The translations under genes and the position numbers were made by a program. DNA of 64,000 nt from Mobula hypostoma (Eukaryota), in the NCBI RefSeq assembly GCF_963921235.1, contig NC_086108.1, positions 41,356,001-41,420,000 on the forward strand, given 5' to 3'. Positions 1 to 10,760 of this stretch are shown here, piece after piece; the first letter of the stretch is position 1; each line of letters begins with the position of its first letter. The notes under the pieces were generated by a model. The model was not told where the DNA came from, made no database searches, and worked only from the letters and a program-made list of their open reading frames with translations.

Positions 1-1512
1 ATTGCTAATGATCTTTCAAGAATCCCTAGATTCCGGCATAGTTCCAGCGGAATGGAAAATAACAAATGTCACTACACTCTTCAAGAAGGAAGAGAGGGAG
101 AAGGAAGATACAGGCCAATAAGTCCAACCTCACAGGTTGGGAAGATGTTGGTGTCAACTACTAAGGATGTGGTTTCAGGATACTTGGATACATGATAAAA
201 TAGGCCATTGTCAGCATGGCTTCCTCAAGGGAAAATCTTGCCTGACATATGTTTTGGAATTCTTTGAAGAAATAACAAGCAGGATAGACAAAGAAGAATT
301 GGTGGATGTTGTGTACTTGGATTTTCTCAAGGCCTTTGACAAGGTGCCATACATGAGGCTGCTTAATAAGTTAAGAGCCCATGGTATTACAGGAAAGATA
401 CTAGGATGGATAGAGCATTGGCTGATTGGCAGGAGGCAAAGAGTGGGAATAAAGGGAGCGTTTTCTGGTCAGCTGCCAGGGACTCGTAGTGTTCCACAGA
501 GGTCCGTGTTAGCAGCACTTCTTTTGGCGTTATAAGTCGGTGATTTAGATGAGACAGTTGATAGCTTTGTGACCAAGTTTGTGGACTATACAAAGATACT
601 TGGAGGGGCAGGTAGTTTTGAGGAAATAGAGAGCCTGCAGAAGTACTTAGACAAATTAGGAGAATGAGCAAAGAAGTGGCAGATGGAATACGGCGCCGGG
701 AAGTGTATGGTCATGCACTTTAGTAGAAGGAATAAAGACATAGATTACTTTTTAAATGGAGAGAAAATTCATAAATCTGAGGTGCAAAGGAACTTGGGAG
801 TCCTCATGCATGATTCCCGAAAGGTTAATTTGCAGGCTGAGGAAAGCATATGTAATCTTAGTAATCATTTTGACATGACTAGAATATAAAAGCAAAGATG
901 TAATATTGAGGCTTTATAAAGCACTGATGAGGCCTCACTTGGAGTACCGCAAGCAGTTTTGGGCCTCTTGTGTTCTGATATTGAAGAAGGTTCAAAGGAG
1001 GTTCAGAAAATGATTCTGGAATTGAAAGTCTTGTCAGATGAGGAGGGTTTGATGGAACTCACTGGAATTCAGAAGAATGAAGGGTGACCTTTTTGAAACC
1101 TATCGAACGTTGAAAGGCCCCAACAGAGCGGACGTGGTGAGGATGTTTTCTATGATGGAGGAATCTAAGACCAGAGGATGCAGCCTCAGAATAGAGGGTG
1201 TCCTTTTAGAATGGAGATGAGGAGGAATTTCTTTAGCCAGAGAGTGGTGAATTTATGGAATTTCCAGCATCTGCAGATTTTCTCTTGATAGTAATTTGTG
1301 GGATTTGTTGCCATAGGCAGCTGTAGAGGTCAAGTCATTGAGTATATTTAAATCAGAATTTGATAAGTTCTTGATTACTCAGGGCATGAAAGGATATGGG
1401 GAGAAGGCAGGAGGTTGGGGCTAAGAGAGAAAATGGATCAGCCATGATGAAATGGTGGAGCAAACTCGATGGGCCAAATGGCCTAATTTTGCTCCTATAT
1501 TTTACGGTCTTA
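1..1512 (+). mobile_element. CR1-clade LINE, 3' part (degenerate RT domain and 3' UTR), runs off window start
   Basis: ORF 137..535 gives QHGFLKGKSCLT..LEFFEEIT..VDVVYLDFLKAFDKVP..SVPQ; ORF 683..889 gives KCMVMHF..RNLGVL; ends in CR1-type tail GGGCCAAATGGCCTAATTTTGCTCCTATATTTTACGGTCTT. Multiple stops/frameshifts. Confidence 0.93.
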
Positions 1513-2406
1513 AGATGTTGTAGAATTTCCCTGCATCAAAGACGAGAAGATGTTAAACCAAAGAGTAAATAACAGGTACATTTTTATAAATACAGTATAT
1601 GTCAGGCAAGTTGTGATGGAGATTAAACAAGAAAACAGTTGAAGTCAAAGTTCAGATCAACTCTGAGCTTACTGAATGGCAGAGGAGACTCAAGACATTG
1701 AAGAAGCTTAAGATAAAAGACACCCATTTCTGCTCCTTCCTCTTATGTTCACGGTCTCCTTCAAGTGTTTTACTGAAGTTATATCATAGGGGAGTGGTTA
1801 GGGATCTTCTGTATTCAAAGTCAGGAGCAGAGCAGAACAATCTCTAATTGTTTAAAATGATTGGCAAACAAACTAAAGGAATTATGAGGTGAATTTGTTT
1901 AACTTGATGTGATGCTATGATCTGGAATGTACTGTTTGAAGGAGTTCTGAAAGGGTATTCAGCAAACATATTTCAAAAGGAAATGGAAGAAGTAAAGAAA
2001 TTTCAGGGTCAGGAGAAAAGTGCTATTCAGATAGTTGTGCCAAATTGCTGCTGTAGACATGAAGGATCAAATCATCTCCCTCTATAAGATACTGAGATTG
2101 TAATGCAAGTATTTTCAACCCATAGCTTTTCAAAGGGAAGAACATTAACTTGTGAAGGTGTGGGGGGCAGGTCAAAATGCAGCATGTCATTGAATCAGTC
2201 CAGCTGAGCACATAAGAAACTTTATCTTCTGTACATTCTAACATTCCAACATTGTGATTCACGGAAACAAGAAAGGCTTTATAGTTCAAAATGCACAGCC
2301 ATATGAATTGTTCAGTATTGAGGAGAATTTTATTGTTCATGAAATGCAATAGAATAATCAATAGAAGCTTACATTGCATATTCCAGCAGGATCAGCAGCA
2401 TCAGTA

Positions 2407-2590
2407 TCAATGCGCTGGAGGAACTCAGCAGGTCAGTCAGCATCAGTTGAAAAGATTAGTCGACGTTTCGGGCCGAAACCCTTCGTCAGGACTGAAGGAA
2501 GAACTTTGGGGAGGGTTTGAAGAATGCTGGTAGTTGAAAAAACCAGTAATTTGAAAGACAAAGGGGTGGGGGAGGGGAAGCAGGGAGGTG
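2407..2590 (-). mobile_element. Penelope-like element terminal fragment (hammerhead-containing end)
   Basis: Near-identical to 4262-4445, the end of the GIY-YIG-bearing element. Confidence 0.88.
2458..2493 (-). ncRNA. Minimal type-I hammerhead ribozyme
   Basis: Minus strand AGUC-CUGACGA-A-GGGU-UUCG-GCCC-GAAA-C-GUC-GACU: stem I AGUC/GACU, core CUGANGA and GAAA, stem II with UUCG loop, GUC cleavage triplet. Confidence 0.85.
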
Positions 2591-3984
2591 CCATAAACTA
2601 AAATCTTTTACCAATAGGAGTTTTTCTTCACTGATTCTGTTGATACTTTAGTTTGCAGTTGATTACGCCTTCATGATATTTCAGTTCAACAACTTGAGAG
2701 GCAGCAACCAATTCCACACTCCACGTGTATACCCCAAGGGCAGCTTTGTACTGACTTTACGATGTACTATATTTGTACCCTGAAGCATGCACACTTTAGA
2801 CTGAAATCTGTATTGCTGTAGGGCATTACCACTGTACACTAAATATAATTGCAAATTCTAACTCTCTCAAAGGTATCCTTTCTCATATCATTTCTTGTGA
2901 ATGTTCCTGGGATTTTAATAATTACAGACATGCACACATTTTGCATCTTGAAATCCAATACTTGTCCAGAAGCCAATATTTCTGTGATTCAAGATAGGAG
3001 CTGTTGCTAATCATTTAAAGAGAAAGGTTATTGTTTTACTGCAGTAATTATTGTTGCCTCTTTTTAATTTTTTGTTAGATTTCTCTGTTCTATTGCTTCC
3101 CATGTCAAAAAACATTTGCCTAATTACTTGAGCCTATAGTAGCTGTGAAGTAAGCAATGTCGCTGTAGATTGGATGAGTTGCATGTGAAACTCCCTCCAC
3201 CACCATCCATACTACTTGATCTTTTGTAGACTATCAGACTGATGTCACAGGGGATTGGCTTTGCAATGGAGATACATGGTAATTTGACCATTACATTATT
3301 AACCAATGACTTTCATTGGGAGATTGGTGCCATGGCAACACAGGCAGACAAAGTTTGCTAGCAAAGAGTGAAGGGGAGATTTTATTTCTGCTTTTAAGCC
3401 TCAATAAGCTTGTAGATAATGACTATGTGAGCTATCGTTTGGTAATTGGAGCAAATTAACAATGTCTTGTTTTCTGTAAACTGGGATATTTTAGTGGATA
3501 ACTAAAGTATTACAGGTCAATAGCCTGGTGATTATAATGTAAGTGATGACATTGCATATGCAGTATCTGTTCCTGTGTGGGCTGCCACCAGAAACTAGCG
3601 ACTGCAGAAGGTTTAGCTTCTTATAAGACACATGGTTCTTTAATGTTTTTCAGCTATTAAGTCAGCTCCTGATCATAGTCTTGCACTATATGGCCAACCT
3701 GAAAGACCTTCAGGAAATCAGCAGATAGGCAATAAAATATTGCCTCTTCATTGTTTTCCATTTCCAAAGACAGCAATCACAAAATAGTTAAAATATCTGA
3801 AAAGTTACAAGCTTGTAGTTGTGGGAAATGGAAAGCAATAGATACTGTATACTCAACAGGTCAGACAGCATCTCTAGAGAGGAAAACAGAATCAAAAATT
3901 CAGGTTGATGAATTTTCATCAGATCTGGAAAAGTCAGTGAACTAACTTGTTATACGCGGTAGAGAAGGGAAATGGTGAGTTAAA

Positions 3985-4245
3985 ATGTAAAGTTCAAAGT
4001 TCAAAAGTTCACGGTAAATTTACTATCAAAGTACATATATGTCACCATATACAACCCTGAGATGCATTTTTTTTTGCGAGCATACTCAATAAACCAATAG
4101 AATAATAACCATTCCGGAATCAATGGAAGTCCACACCAATTTGGGCATTTAACCAGTATGCAAAAGACAGAAAACTATGCAAATATAAAAAGTAAGAAAT
4201 AATAATAATAATAATAAATAAATACTGAGAACATGAAATGAAATC
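3985..4245 (-). mobile_element. Rex1/Babar-type LINE 3' UTR and tail, separated from its body (5385-6055) by the Penelope insertion
   Basis: (TTGAAC[T])n-type tail on minus strand; same 3' UTR family as 35700-35985 (+). Confidence 0.7.
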
Positions 4246-4312
4246 AGTCAAAGGAACACTCACAATGCGCTGGAGGAACTCAGCAGGTCGGTCAGCATCA
4301 GTTGAAAAGATT

Positions 4313-4348
4313 AGTCGACGTTTCTGGCCGAAACCCTTCGTCAGGACT
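4313..4348 (-). ncRNA. Minimal type-I hammerhead ribozyme (one stem II mismatch)
   Basis: Minus strand AGUC-CUGACGA-AGGGUUUCGGCCA-GAAAC-GUC-GACU. Confidence 0.75.
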
Positions 4349-4537
4349 GAAGGAAGAACTTTGGGGAGGGTTTGAAGAATGCTGGTAGTTGAAAAAAACA
4401 GTAATTTGAAAGACAAAGGGGTGGGGGAGGGGAAGCAGGGAGGTGATTGGCAGAAGAACAATGCGTAGTAGTAGAAGGAGGCGGAACTATGCGGGAGGTT
4501 ATGTGAAATAGGGGTAGAGTGAGGGGGGGGGAGGGAA

Positions 4538-5385
4538 TTACCGGAAGTTGGAGGACTCTATGTTCATACCAAGGGGCTGGAGACTACCTAGACAGTATAT
4601 GAGGTGTTGCTCCTCAAACCTGAGTTTAGCCTCATCATGGCAGTAGAGGAGGCCATGTATGGACATATCTGAATGGGAATGGGAAGCAGAGTTGAAATGG
4701 GTGGCTACTGGGAGATCCTGTCTGTTGTGGCAGATGGAGTGGAGGTGCTCGACGAAGCGGTCCCCCAATCTGCGTTGGGTTTCACCGATGTAGAGGAGGC
4801 CACACCGGGAGCACCGGATGCAATAGATGACCCCAACAGATTCGCAAGTGAAGTGTTGTCTCACCTGGAAGGACTGTTTGGGGCCCTGAATGGTGGCAAG
4901 AGAGGAGGTGTAGGGACAGGTGTAGCACTTACGCTTACAGGGATAAGTGCCGGGTGGGAGATCAGTGGGGATGGATGTGTGGTTAAGTGAGTTACGGAGG
5001 GATCGATCCCTGCGGAAAGCGGAGAGGGGTGGAGAGGGAAAGATGAGCTTAGTTGTGGGGTCCTGTTGAAGGTGGCGGAAGTTGCAGAGGATAATGTGCT
5101 GGATCCGGAGGCCGGTGGGGTGGTAGGTGAGGACAAGGGGAACTCTGTCCCTGTTGTGGTGGCGGGAAGATGGGGTGAGGGCAGAAGTGCGGAAAATGGA
5201 GGAGATGCGGGTGAGGGCATCATTGATGACGGTAGAAGGGAAACCACAATCCTTAAAGAAAGAGGACATTTGAGATGTCCTGGAATGGAAAGCCTCATCC
5301 TGGGAGCAGATGCAGCGGAGACGGAGGAACTGGGAACAGGGAATGGCATTTTTGCAAGTGGCGGGGTGAAATGAGTCTACAGGTT
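4538..5385 (-). pseudogene. Penelope ORF C-terminal segment, GIY-YIG endonuclease; frame open but 5'-truncated
   Basis: Uninterrupted reading frame ending ...LGSLQPLGMNIESSNFR*; the first residues of the called 299-aa ORF come from flanking Rex1 DNA; no RT catalytic core. Confidence 0.9.
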
Positions 5386-6055
5386 GTGGGAGCATTTCAA
5401 TGATGGGGCAAGTGAAATTTAGTGAAGTTATCCTCATTGATTCATGAACCTGATAGTTGAGGGATAGTCACTGTTCCTGAACCTGGTGGTGTGAATCACA
5501 AGGTTCCTGTACCTTCTTCATGATGGCAACATCCAGAAGAGAGCATGTCTTGGATGGTGGAGGTTCCTGATGACGGATACCGCTTTCCTGTGACAGCTTT
5601 TCATGTAGATGTGCTCAGTGGTGAGGAGAGATTTACCCATGATGGATTGGGCCATATCCATTACTGTTCGTAGGATTTTCTGTTCAAAGGCATTGGTGTT
5701 TCCATACCGGGTCGTGATACAACGAGTCATTGTAGTATCCACTACATATCTATAGAAGTTTGTCAAAGTTTTAGATGTCATACCAAATTGTCGCTAACTC
5801 CTAAGAAAGTAGAAGTGTTGCTGTGCTTTCTTCGTAATTGCACTTACGTCTGGGCCCAGGCCATGTCCTCTGAAATAATAACACCAAGGAATTTATAGTT
5901 GCTAATCCTGCCCACCTCTGATCCTCTGATAAGGACTGGCTAATGAAATTCTGGTTTCCTTCTCCTGAAGTCCATAATCAGCTCCTTGGTCTTGCTGACA
6001 TTGAGTAAGAGGTTATTGTTATGGCACCACTCAGCCAGATTTCAATCTCCCTCTG
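5385..6055 (-). mobile_element. Rex1/Babar-type LINE, RT C-terminal fragment
   Basis: ORF 5518..5781 KTLTNFYRYVV..CITTRYGN..KAVSVIRNLHHPRHALFWMLPS; homologous to 16900-17290. Confidence 0.85.
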
Positions 6056-9000
6056 CAGTGCCCACTGTCAGTCAGCTAAAATCTAGCCCACATGCTTTTT
6101 TGTTTTGGACTTTACAACGAAAAATAAACATTTTAAAATCTCACTTGGCACACATTATTGAGATCTATCAACTCAATTTTACTCTTATATACTTCCTCAG
6201 GATTGAAAATGACTTGCTTCTACTCTGAGGTGATTGACAAGCCCAATGTGGGGATCACAGACTCTTTTACAAATGCCTCACAGGGTCGCCTGTGGGCTGA
6301 TGCATTCCTTTCTGCTGTGTACGTTTGACTCTGATGTTCTATGGGCCTTACTCAAAACTCTCAAAACCATCTCGAATCTTCTTCTCCTGTGTGATCATAC
6401 ATGGACTTTGGATTCCTAATAGTCAGTGCTTAATGCAGCTTTGAACTTTTTTAGTCTGCCTGCTAATCCCTTTCTGTTACAGAGTGTAGAACAGAATGTT
6501 TGCTTTGGGTGTCTGGTGTTGGGCCTGACTAAAAAAGTTAATGTGAACAAATAGGTTCTGAATGATGGGGAAAGAACACTGACCTCGGTTTATATATCCT
6601 TGCAATCAACTGAAGGATTTTGTGGTGACTTCTTTGACTGCATTCACTTTTGATTACTTTAACTACCATACATAGTCCAAATCTCAGAAGCATACAAGAA
6701 AGTAAGTATCACATCTGCCTTGTAGACCATAAGTTTTGTCCCAGATTTGTGGACTTGCTCTTCAAACACCCTTTTCTTCAATTGATCAAAAATGGTTTTG
6801 ACACAGTGACGTCAATAGTGATTTTCGTCATTGAAATTTACCTTCACGAAGACCTGGGTAGATCATTGGTCTCATCGTGAATCCCTGTTATTGGACAGGA
6901 ATGAAAAGTAGCAGGGGCAGATGACAGAGGATCTTTGTCCTATAGATGATAGATTTGAGGCACATTTTTTCCCACTTCAGTGGATTAGTTAACCATGACC
7001 CAGTACTCAGCCTCCAATTTTGCGCAAATGCAGAATCAGCCTAAACACTGCTCCACATGAAGGTATGCGTGGCTTTTGGTCATAAGGTTTTGCTGTTGAT
7101 TGAACAGTTTCCAATTAGTCTTGATGACTAGTTTCATAGCCATGAGACATTTGTTGGAAATGGGTGCAACGTGACAGTAAGGAAGATTGTGAGGAATCCT
7201 GGGCAAGGACACAGCCTTGTTTGATGAAGGTCTTCATAGATTAGGGGCTGTAGTGTAACAGTGACTGAGTAACAAAATTCCTGAGATGGGAGATGAAAAT
7301 AAGAGGCTGAGTAACATAACAGTGAGTTTTAGTGACTGGCCATTGAGATGCCTACTACTTTCTAGCAATATGTCTTCCTAGCCATAGATTAATCAATATA
7401 TCAAGGGCATTCTGTGTGTATTTTAGAAATGTGTGCAGTTCTCATTTTCCATCCATTTTGTTTCAACTGATCAAGCTGAGGCTCTGTACAACTTCTGGTT
7501 ATAGCGTTATATATAATCATCATTCATTCAAGGTCAAAATAATCATTTTTCCCATCCTCTGGGGCTGATGATTAACATTTTAAAAAAATCCTGTACTTCA
7601 GGTAAGTGAATTTTTGGTTCTGAACCAAGATGTTATGACTTACTGTAACATGCTAAAGATCTGGCATATAAACTTCCCTTCCTCTCCACCATCAGATTTC
7701 TGAATGGATAATGGGCCCAGGAACACTATCTCACTATTTTCGTTCTCTTTTTGTACTATCATTTAAATATTTTATACTGTATCTATTTCTTTTTATAATT
7801 TATAGTATATGTTATGTATTGCACTCTACTGCTGCCACAAAATAATAATTTCCATGACTTACTTCAGTGATAAGAAACCTGAGTCAAAAATGACTCCAGG
7901 ATATAAACAAAAAGGGAAGACTTACACTTAGTTGGTAACTTTTACAATCTTATGACTGGATGTCTTGAAGTGCTTTGCAGCTATTGCAATACATTTGAGA
8001 TGTATTGGGCTTCCATATCCTTAAACTCATTCCCTTTAAAACGTTGACAACTCTTCACCAACAGGACTTTTCTCCTCCTCAGGGACTAGGCTCCAAATAT
8101 CCAGAACCAGATGAGCTAAAATTTATTCCAGTTAAATCTTGAGGAACATCAAAGCCGGTTTTTTCAGCCCTGTGTACCGTATTTTTTCAAAACTTCAAAT
8201 TTTTTTTATACTAGGTATCATAATGGATTTTTATCCAGTACTCTCCTGTTGCAGTATAAGTAGGATCAATGACTGCAAGTATCAACACTTCAAAAACAGG
8301 TCATGCTCCATAAGCCATCCATCCTTGTAGAAGTGAAGTGCAGCCAGCCTTTCATCTCAAAAGTTTGTCCTTTTCTGGTCAACTGCATGCTTAGCCCACT
8401 GGTGGAGTGAGAAATCAGGTAAGTAGCACCTGACCTTCAGATTACTGTATCTCTGAACTTCATGCTTTGATGTCGGACTGACCAATAAAACTCAACTCAA
8501 GCTCTGAACCCATTCATACTAACAAGATGTTATGACATAATAACACTCCCTGCTTACTTCCCTCTACTGTGCTGTGAGGTAACTTCTTAAGCTGAGTTTT
8601 GACACCCTGCATATTTTGATTCAGACTGGAAGGCACTGTTAACAATCCAGACATGCAGTAGGGCTTCAGGAAATATGAATATACTTGTATGTGTTGGAGC
8701 TGAATTAAAATCACTAACTTTGTTGGGAGATTGTCTACATGACAGAAAGCAAGGTGTAAGGATAATGGATGGATATAATGGACTAATTAGCAATATGTGA
8801 TCGGTGACAGATTGTGCTGAGGCCTTAACGATTCACAGTATTTATTCACCACATAAACAACCATTAATTTTAATTGCACCATCCCTGGCAGCTAAATTTT
8901 CAGCTGTCTCGGCTCAAAATTCTGGAACATTCCTCCCTAAGCCTCTCAGCCTCTCTATCTATTTTCACATGGTCCTTCAACCGAACTGATATCTATCTAT

Positions 9001-9209
9001 AACACTTCATTAAAAGTACTTCTGGTATGTTTCATTAGGTTAGAGGTACTATTTGTCACAAAATTTATTGAGACATATATCCAAGCATATCAATGAACAT
9101 AGGCAGCATTAAGTAGCTTATACAGAGCATAAAAGACATGGAAGGAGCTTGATAAATGTAGTCAATCAGAACTGCTAGCCTTCCGTCATTAAATCTCTCT
9201 AGGTTTTGC

Positions 9210-9212
<3 letters not shown>

Positions 9213-9300
<88 letters not shown>

Positions 9301-9310
9301 GCGCGTGTGC
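9213..9310. repeat. (TG)n microsatellite running into a (CG)n-rich alternating purine-pyrimidine tract
   Basis: Direct reading of the sequence. Confidence 0.97.
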
Positions 9311-9759
9311 AAAGTGCAGAATTCAAAGACATACGCTTTACTTCATCAATGACATCCTTTTGGATTATATAGCAGAGTCTTGGAGAATCTCCTTTTCCTA
9401 TACTACTACCATATGTCACTCTGACCAGGCATAAGACTGGAGAATGGAGAACTCAATCAACTGTATGCTGTATGCAGATTTCTGACCTGAGGAGTGCATT
9501 TACTGAATCCTTGACAGCATCAACATTGTTGTACATATCTATAGTAATCCCATCTTTCAGCATTTGGCCCATAGTCTTCCGTACTTTAGAGATTCAAGCG
9601 TTACTAAATGCTATGAGAGTTCCTGCCTCCAAACCCTCCTCAGGCAGTGCATCCCAGATTCCAGCCATTCAAGCACTGATAATTCTTCCTCACATCCTCC
9701 TCTTCTCTTTAATTTAGGCTTTTACTTGAGTCAAGTTTGGATCCAATTTGATAACTTTG

Positions 9760-10215
9760 TCTGAGTCCTATGAGCTATAAACTTTTGGAACAGTGCCTCA
9801 TGTTGAATCTTATCACAGACTTTACTGAATGTCATGTAGACCATATCAATCAGACTGCTCCCATCATTACTTTTACTTTTTCAACAATTCAGTCAAGTTG
9901 GTTAGACAGGATATCTGTTAACAAAGCCATGATGACTATTCTTGATTAAGCCCTGGCTACCTAATTGTGATCTAATCTTATTTAGAATTATTTACTGTAA
10001 CTTCCATACTATTAACTACAGATACTCAGGTCTGTAATTATCTGGCACATCCAGCTGCCTCTCATGAATAAAAGTACTACAATTGCTGTCCTTCAGTTAT
10101 CTGAGACCTACCTGTGGCCAGCAAAGATTTGTAAACCTCTGTCAAATCCAATCAATCGCCTTCCTTACCTCCTTTGGCGGCTTGAGATACATCTCATCAG
10201 ATCTTACAATTTATC
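9760..10215 (-). mobile_element. Old degenerate CR1-like LINE fragment
   Basis: AAAGCCATGATGACT (QHG-like on minus) and other stretches resembling the CR1 at 39420-39870. Confidence 0.5.
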
Positions 10216-10244
10216 CACCTTTAAGCCCACAGTGGCATCTTATA

Positions 10245-10535
10245 CAGTACCGTGCTCAAGTCTTAGATGCATGCATATAGCTAGGGTGCCGAAGACTTTT
10301 GCATAGTACTGTGGTAATTTTATGCATTGTACTGTACTGCTGCCACAAAAAGAAAAAAAAATCATGACATATATGAGTGATGATAAACCTGATTCTGGTA
10401 AGGGTCTCTATTGTGGACTGAGAGTGGGAAAGGGGGCAGGGAGAGGGGAATCATGGTGGGGAAAGGGGGAAGGAACGCGACACAACAGAGGGACATTCTG
10501 TAATGATCCATAAACCAATTGTTTGGAATCAAGTG
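10245..10535. mobile_element. Tc1/mariner-type composite MITE, partial copy
   Basis: TA-CAGTACCGTGCTCAAGTCTTAG start, internal inverted copy, collinear with 12565-12850. Confidence 0.75.
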
Positions 10536-10542
10536 AGCTTTC

Positions 10543-10676
10543 CTTTTAAACAAAAGTAATTTGAAGAGCATACAGCTAAACTCAATGAGCAAAAACTCAC
10601 CAGGGTGATCATCACAACCTGAGGGCGTGGGCCATTCTCTGGGTCAGCTTTCCATGCAATGCATTTAAAACAAATA
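10543..10676. repeat. Unclassified interspersed repeat (reverse-complement copy at 26818-26952)
   Basis: GAAGAGCATACAGCTAAACTCAATGAGCAAAAACTCACCA is present inverted at about 26893-26932. Confidence 0.8.
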
Positions 10677-10760
10677 TATACAGTATAATACCTCTACATG
10701 CATGTTTCGTTTGAAATTCATCATTCTTTTTGAATGCCTTGAATGAAGAAAACCAGTATA

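Larger units (their letters stand above)
4250..5385 (-). mobile_element. Penelope-like retroelement, 5'-truncated (RT thumb/linker + GIY-YIG endonuclease + terminal repeat)
   Basis: Minus ORF 4538..5437 with HPATCKNAIPCSQFLRLRCICS, RVPLVLTYHP, C-x2-C zinc-binding linker and GVIYCIRCSRCGLLYIGETQRRLGDRFVEH; followed by pyrimidine-rich UTR and hammerhead. Confidence 0.95.

Noticed and set aside
4673..5374. ORFs 4673..4990, 4861..5349 and 5066..5374 as genes
   Set aside because: Antisense or alternative-frame shadows of the Penelope ORF.
9065..9434. THTHTH / VCVCVC ORFs (also 12717-13178)
   Set aside because: Translations of dinucleotide microsatellites.
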